Below, piece by piece: positions 59,136-64,000 of a stretch of DNA of 64,000 nucleotides; the stretch's first letter is position 1, and every line of letters begins with the position of its first letter. Source of the DNA: Patescibacteria group bacterium (lineage in GTDB: Bacteria > Bacillota > UBA4882 > JAAYXC01); contig JBLNBS010000042.1 in the NCBI GenBank assembly GCA_050260175.1, positions 1,544 through 65,543 of the forward strand, in the 5' to 3' direction. A model generated the notes under the pieces. It worked only from the letters and a program-made list of their open reading frames with translations. It made no database searches and was not told the DNA's origin. Both the position numbers and the translations under genes were made by a program.

Positions 59136-59253
59136 GTTTAAATAACGAACACTTTTTTTGATAATTAAGTAGATTATTCAAATTCTTGGCAGGATGTTCC
59201 CTCTAGGTGGCAAATTCTTGGCCCTATTCCCCAAAGACAGGAGATGCCGTTCC

Positions 59254-61893
59254 ATGCCTCCCAAACGCCGCCAGGATACGACCGCCGAGGCCTACGATCA
59301 CAAAGACCAGGAGGCCCTCCTCCGCCCGGACGTCGGCCTCCAAGCCCAGTTCAAGAAGAAGAAACTTCCGGTGAAGTACCGCTACGACCCTTCGCTCGAT
59401 CCAGAATTAAGCTGGGACATCAATGCCGATCGGGAGCGGGCCGAAGTCCTGATCGAGCAGATACGCACGGCCAGCACGCTTGAGGAGGCCAAGGCCGCCG
59501 CTGAGCAGCTCAAGCGAATGTCCCAGCCCTTCCTCAACTGGGCCGGTAAAGCCGAGCGGTCCGAATTCACCGTGCCCACGCTGCCGCTCTTTGTCCATGA
59601 GCGGCTCTCGACCAAGGCTATTCTGGAATCCGTCCGCACCAGGAAACGCATGATCGGTCTTTTTGCCGATCCCGAGCTGGCTATCGCCGATCGTGCGCTA
59701 AAGGCCTACGAGCACAAGACCGGCTGGGTCAACCGCCTCATTCTGGGCGACAGTCTTGTCGTCATGAATAGCCTCTTGCAGTATGAGGGTCTCGGCGGCC
59801 AGGTCCAGATGATCTATATGGACCCGCCGTATGGCGTAAAATTTGGGTCGAACTTCCAGCCATTCATTCGCCGGCGCGACGTCAAACACAACGATGACGA
59901 GGATATGACCCGGGAGCCGGAGATGGTGCAGGCGTATAGGGATACTTGGGAGCTTGGGCTACATTCATATCTTACGTATCTGCGTGACCGTTTGTGGCTT
60001 TGCCGTGAACTATTATCGCCAACAGGTTCAATATTCATCCAAATCAGTGACGATAACTTGCATATGATCCGTTGCTTGATGGATGAGGTTTTTGGTGCAG
60101 GTAATTATCTTAACACAATTGCCTTTGTAAAAACGAGTGGTGTTACCACTAAATTTTTACCTAGTCGGATTGACTTTTTAGTTTGGTATGCTCGAAATAA
60201 AGAGTATTCAAAATATCATCAAATTTACGTTACAAAATCAACAGAGATGGGTACAGCAGAAAACTACAACTGGATCGAGTTACCTGATGGTACAAGACGT
60301 GGTTTGACCGCAGCAGAAAGACGTGACCGAACTTTAGTTCCAAACAATGCAAAGATTTATAAACCAGATAACATAACTAGTCAGGGTAATCCAATTTTTG
60401 ACTTTGAATATCAGGGAAATGTTTATCGTCAGGCATGGAAAACAACCCCCGAAGGACTAAGAAGGCTTGCATCTGCAATGCGCCTACATGTAGCAAAAAA
60501 TTCACTGCAATATGTCAGGTATCTTACAGATTTTCCGTGTGTCCCAGCAACACAGCTTTGGGAAGATACTGGCACTGGTAGTTTCACTGATGATAAGATT
60601 TATGTAGTACAAACAGGGACAAAAGCCATTGAGCGGTGCATCCTCATGAGCACCGATCCCGGTGACCTCGTCCTCGACCCCACCTGCGGTAGCGGCACGA
60701 CGGCCTACGTTGCGGAGCAGTGGGGCCGGCGGTGGATCACCATCGACACGAGCCGCGTGCCGATCGCCCTGGCCAAGCAGAGGTTGTTGACCGCGACCTA
60801 CGACTATTACGAGCTGCGGGATGAGAAGGCCGGAGTCGCGGGCGGGTTCAAATACGAGCGTAAGCAGAACAAGAAAGGCGAGGAAATAGGCGGCATTGTG
60901 CCGCATATCACCCTAAAAAGCATCGCCAACAACGAGCCGCCGGAGGAAGAGGTCCTGGTGGACCGGCCCAACATCGTACCGGGCGTGGTGCGGGTGACCG
61001 GGCCCTTCGTTGTTGAGGCGACCATCCCGACACCGGTGGATATCGATGCCGACGGCGTCGAGGATTCCGGCGTCCCGGCCGGTGACCACTACCAGCGGAT
61101 GTTGGAGGTGCTGCGGCGTTCGCCCGTGCTGCGGTTGCCGGGCAACCGAACCGTCACATTCAAGAACGTCCGCCAGCCCGCGAAATCGCTCAACCTGCAC
61201 GCCGAGGCGATAATCGAGGGAAACGGCGAAAAGCCGGTGGCCTTCCTCTTTGGCCCCGAGAGCGGCGCGGTCAGTGAAAAGATGATCTATGAGGCGGCGC
61301 GCGAGGCCCATGGCAAGAGCTATGCCCATCTCTACATCATCGGCTTTGCCTGCCAGGATGCGGCTACCCGCTTGATCCGCGAATGTGAAAGCGTGATGGG
61401 TATCCCGGCCACTTTTGTCGCGGCCACCATGGACCTCGCCATGCACGACCTGCTCAAGACGAGCCGCGCTAGCCAGGTTTTTAGCGTCACGGGCGCGCCC
61501 GAGATCAAACTGCTCAAGCTCAAGCAAAAGGGGGCCAACGGCGAGGATCTCTATCAGGTCAAGCTGTTGGGCCTGGACGTCTTTGATCCCGTCACCATGG
61601 AGACCGATCACCTCCAGGGCGACGACGTTCCCGCGTGGTTCCTCGACACGGACTACAATGAGCTGTCCTTCCTGGTCGGCCAGGCGTTCTTTCCGCGCAC
61701 CTCTGCGTGGGACAGCCTCAAGCGGGAATTGAAGGGCGTTTACCTCGACAGCGTCTGGGAGCACCTGGCCGGCGATACGAGCGAGCCCTTTACCGCGGGC
61801 GACAACGGCAAGATCGCCGTCAAGGTCATCGACGAGCGGGGCAACGAACTGATGGTGGTCAAGCCCCTGGCCGAGGCGGAGGTGGAGGCATGA
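59254..61893 (+). CDS. mod: type III restriction-modification Mod subunit (beta-class N6-adenine/N4-cytosine DNA methyltransferase)
   Basis: Motif IV IYMDPPYG (around 59815) precedes motif I DPTCGSGTT (around 60680), with a variable middle region between them. ATG 59254 after AGGAG. The stop overlaps the res start. Confidence 0.8.
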   Translation: MPPKRRQDTTAEAYDHKDQEALLRPDVGLQAQFKKKKLPVKYRYDPSLDPELSWDINADRERAEVLIEQIRTASTLEEAKAAAEQLKRMSQPFLNWAGKAERSEFTVPTLPLFVHERLSTKAILESVRTRKRMIGLFADPELAIADRALKAYEHKTGWVNRLILGDSLVVMNSLLQYEGLGGQVQMIYMDPPYGVKFGSNFQPFIRRRDVKHNDDEDMTREPEMVQAYRDTWELGLHSYLTYLRDRLWLCRELLSPTGSIFIQISDDNLHMIRCLMDEVFGAGNYLNTIAFVKTSGVTTKFLPSRIDFLVWYARNKEYSKYHQIYVTKSTEMGTAENYNWIELPDGTRRGLTAAERRDRTLVPNNAKIYKPDNITSQGNPIFDFEYQGNVYRQAWKTTPEGLRRLASAMRLHVAKNSLQYVRYLTDFPCVPATQLWEDTGTGSFTDDKIYVVQTGTKAIERCILMSTDPGDLVLDPTCGSGTTAYVAEQWGRRWITIDTSRVPIALAKQRLLTATYDYYELRDEKAGVAGGFKYERKQNKKGEEIGGIVPHITLKSIANNEPPEEEVLVDRPNIVPGVVRVTGPFVVEATIPTPVDIDADGVEDSGVPAGDHYQRMLEVLRRSPVLRLPGNRTVTFKNVRQPAKSLNLHAEAIIEGNGEKPVAFLFGPESGAVSEKMIYEAAREAHGKSYAHLYIIGFACQDAATRLIRECESVMGIPATFVAATMDLAMHDLLKTSRASQVFSVTGAPEIKLLKLKQKGANGEDLYQVKLLGLDVFDPVTMETDHLQGDDVPAWFLDTDYNELSFLVGQAFFPRTSAWDSLKRELKGVYLDSVWEHLAGDTSEPFTAGDNGKIAVKVIDERGNELMVVKPLAEAEVEA

Positions 61894-64000
61894 GCCAGCT
61901 CCACGAGGTCGATCGGCCGATCATCAACAGCCCTTATGAGGAACCGACACAGTATTATGAGATCGTGCCCGGCGAGCCGCCAGTGCTCAAGCAGGGCCGC
62001 CGGCCGGCTTTTTACTACTATCGCCCCCCCGCGCGCAAACCGGGCCAGGATCCCACGGGTGATCCCGGCAGGCGCGAGGAATTGGCGCTCGTCAACGAAT
62101 TGCGCCGGCGGGTCAAGGAATGGCGGGAAAAGGACTACCCCGGCGTGACCAGGACCACGCTGGATCTACTAAACTACTGGCAAAAGCCTGATAGGGAGCT
62201 CGATCGGCGCCTCTTCTTTTGCCAGCGCGAGGCGGCGGAGACGGTCATCTTCTTAGTCGAGGCCAGGGCGGATCTCCGCCAGGGCCTGGAGATCCCCCGC
62301 GACGAGCCAGGCGATGACGGCAAGGCCAAGGGTTACACCGGTTTCGTCCGCTACGCCTGCAAGATGGCGACCGGCAGCGGCAAGACCACGGTCATGGCCA
62401 TGCTCGCGGCTTGGAGCATCCTGAACAAGATAAACAGTCGCAATGACGGGCGTTTCTCCGACGTGGTCCTCGTCCTCTGCCCCAACGTGACCATCCGCGA
62501 ACGCCTGGGTGAACTCGACCCGAACCTGGGCGAAAAGAGCATCTACCGTACGCGCGACCTGGTGCCGCCGGGCCTCATGGAACAGCTCCGCAAGGGTTTC
62601 GTCGTCGTCACCAACTGGCACGTACTCGAGCCTCGGGCCGGCAACCAGGTGAACGGCGAGAGCGCGCGCGTGGTCGATAAAGGACCGGAATCGGATACCG
62701 CCCTCGTCCAGCGAGTCATGGGCAGGCACGTCGGTGGCAAGCAAAACATCCTGGTCATGAACGATGAGGCCCATCATGCCTATCGACTCGGCAAGGGGGC
62801 AAACGGCGAAGACGAGGAGATGGAGGAAGAAGAGGCGGGGGAGGACGACGAGGAGCGCAAGGAGGCCACGGTCTGGATCGGCGGTCTGGACAAGATTCAC
62901 AAGGTGCGCGGGATCAATCTCTGCGTGGATCTCTCCGCCACCCCTTACTACCTCAACAACACGGGCAACGATCCCGGCCGGCCCTTCCCTTGGGTCGTCT
63001 CGGATTTCGGCCTCATCGACGCCATCGAGAGCGGCCTGGTCAAGATCCCGCAACTGCCGGTCCAGGACAGCACGGGCGAGATTATCCCGGCCTATTTCAA
63101 CGTCTGGAAATGGATCCTCGAAGAAAAGCTGACCAGCGCGGAAAGAGGCGGGCGCCGCGGCCAGATCAGTTCAAAGGCCGTGCTCAAATACGCCCAGGTG
63201 CCGATCGCGCAGTTGGCCGGGCTCTGGCGCGAGACCTTCAGGGAATGGCAGAAGGATCCGATGATCCACCCGACGCCGCCGGTCTTTATCATCGTCTGCC
63301 GGGACACGACCCTGGCCAAGGCGGTCTACAACTGGATCGCGAACGGCGAGGGCGAGACGGACAAGCTCATCGAGGAGTTCTTGAATCGCGACGGTAAACG
63401 GTACACGGAGAGAGTGGACTCAAAGGTGGCGGCGGAGATCTCATCCGGCACGACGAAGAGCAACGAGACAAAAAGGCTCCGCTTCGTGCTCGAAACCGTC
63501 GGCCGGACCACCTGGCCGGGCAACAAGCCGCCTGATGAATGGGTGAAACTCGCCGAGGAACTGGGCGTGGATCCTTTCATACCGCCCGGGCGCGACGTGC
63601 GCTGCATCATCTCCGTGGCTATGCTCACCGAGGGCTGGGACGCCCGCACGGTCACGCACATCGTGGGCCTACGGCCCTTTGAGTCGCAGCTCCTCTGCGA
63701 GCAGGTGGTGGGCCGCGGCCTGCGGCGGTCGCAATACCAGGATCTGACCATCGAGGAGGAGGCCAAGGTCTACGGCGTGCCGTTCGAGATCATCCCGTTC
63801 AAGGCGCCGCCGCGTGGTCCCGTGTCCCCGCCGCCCAAGACTCATCATGTCTATGCAATGCCCGAACGGGCGCATCTGGAGATCATCTTCCCTCGGGTGG
63901 AGAGTTACGCCTATGCCATCAGGAGCCGCATCACCGTTGACTGGGAGTGCGTGCCGCGGCTGATCATGGACCCGCTTGACGTCCCGCCCGATGTGCTGGT
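61890..64000 (+). CDS. res: type III restriction enzyme Res subunit (helicase-nuclease), partial, continues beyond window end
   Basis: ATGA overlap with mod. Walker A MATGSGKTTVMA, DEAH box VMNDEAHHA, and an open frame to position 64000. It is not in the ORF track because no stop lies in the window. Confidence 0.75.
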   Translation, partial: MSQLHEVDRPIINSPYEEPTQYYEIVPGEPPVLKQGRRPAFYYYRPPARKPGQDPTGDPGRREELALVNELRRRVKEWREKDYPGVTRTTLDLLNYWQKPDRELDRRLFFCQREAAETVIFLVEARADLRQGLEIPRDEPGDDGKAKGYTGFVRYACKMATGSGKTTVMAMLAAWSILNKINSRNDGRFSDVVLVLCPNVTIRERLGELDPNLGEKSIYRTRDLVPPGLMEQLRKGFVVVTNWHVLEPRAGNQVNGESARVVDKGPESDTALVQRVMGRHVGGKQNILVMNDEAHHAYRLGKGANGEDEEMEEEEAGEDDEERKEATVWIGGLDKIHKVRGINLCVDLSATPYYLNNTGNDPGRPFPWVVSDFGLIDAIESGLVKIPQLPVQDSTGEIIPAYFNVWKWILEEKLTSAERGGRRGQISSKAVLKYAQVPIAQLAGLWRETFREWQKDPMIHPTPPVFIIVCRDTTLAKAVYNWIANGEGETDKLIEEFLNRDGKRYTERVDSKVAAEISSGTTKSNETKRLRFVLETVGRTTWPGNKPPDEWVKLAEELGVDPFIPPGRDVRCIISVAMLTEGWDARTVTHIVGLRPFESQLLCEQVVGRGLRRSQYQDLTIEEEAKVYGVPFEIIPFKAPPRGPVSPPPKTHHVYAMPERAHLEIIFPRVESYAYAIRSRITVDWECVPRLIMDPLDVPPDVL

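Noticed and set aside
60491-60500. A6 run inside the mod TRD and T7 run at 59147-59153 upstream of mod, considered as phase-variation SSRs
   Set aside because: The tracts are too short (<9) to be credible contingency repeats. Ordinary for AT-rich DNA.
1-64000. Search for CRISPR arrays, tRNA/rRNA genes, integrase/transposase genes
   Set aside because: No regularly spaced repeats of 25-40 bp, no tRNA-like T-arm (GGTTCGAATCC-type) signatures, and no recombinase or transposase-like ORFs were seen. The island's mobility genes, if any, lie outside the window.

Overview
High-GC (~68-70%) Firmicutes-like chromosomal segment carrying sporulation genes (spoIIP); nearly all real genes are confirmed by long antisense 'shadow' ORFs typical of high-GC DNA. 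No CRISPR array, tRNA or rRNA was found. Contents, left to right:
(1) A partial MalT/LuxR-type STAND ATPase regulator, GNAT acetyltransferases, an alpha/beta hydrolase, type I L-asparaginase, and an Mta-like MerR regulator next to a MATE efflux pump.
(2) lepA (EF4).
(3) A ~22 kb accessory catabolic locus (~13.9-35.7 kb) made of two paralogous ABC-transporter modules. Each carries a creatinase/M24-like peptidase, a PIG-L (LmbE) deacetylase, a uroporphyrinogen-decarboxylase-family (URO-D-like) protein and a mutarotase-like protein. Also present are a ROK regulator, a NagB-like deaminase, a SIS-like protein, a third PIG-L and a divergent M28-like DUF4910 protein. This looks like an uncharacterised N-acetyl-amino-sugar or glycoconjugate utilisation pathway.
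(4) A conserved Firmicutes housekeeping block: prs, rpmB, asp23, fakA, fakB/degV, rsmD, coaD, cmk, plsC, ispH, S1 protein.
(5) A DUF1614-spoIIP-DUF3189x2-Toprim-'activase' cluster.
(6) A vapBC toxin-antitoxin pair and an orphan RHH gene.
(7) An AT-rich (~40% GC) horizontally acquired island (~54.8-59.2 kb) encoding an SF2 DEAH helicase, a small Zn-ribbon protein and a GHKL/MORC-like ATPase. It sits immediately upstream of a type III restriction-modification pair (mod then res, res truncated by the window end). The mod target-recognition domain is itself an AT-rich mosaic segment.
Structured-RNA-like repeats, intergenic repeat arrays and several intrinsic terminators were also found.
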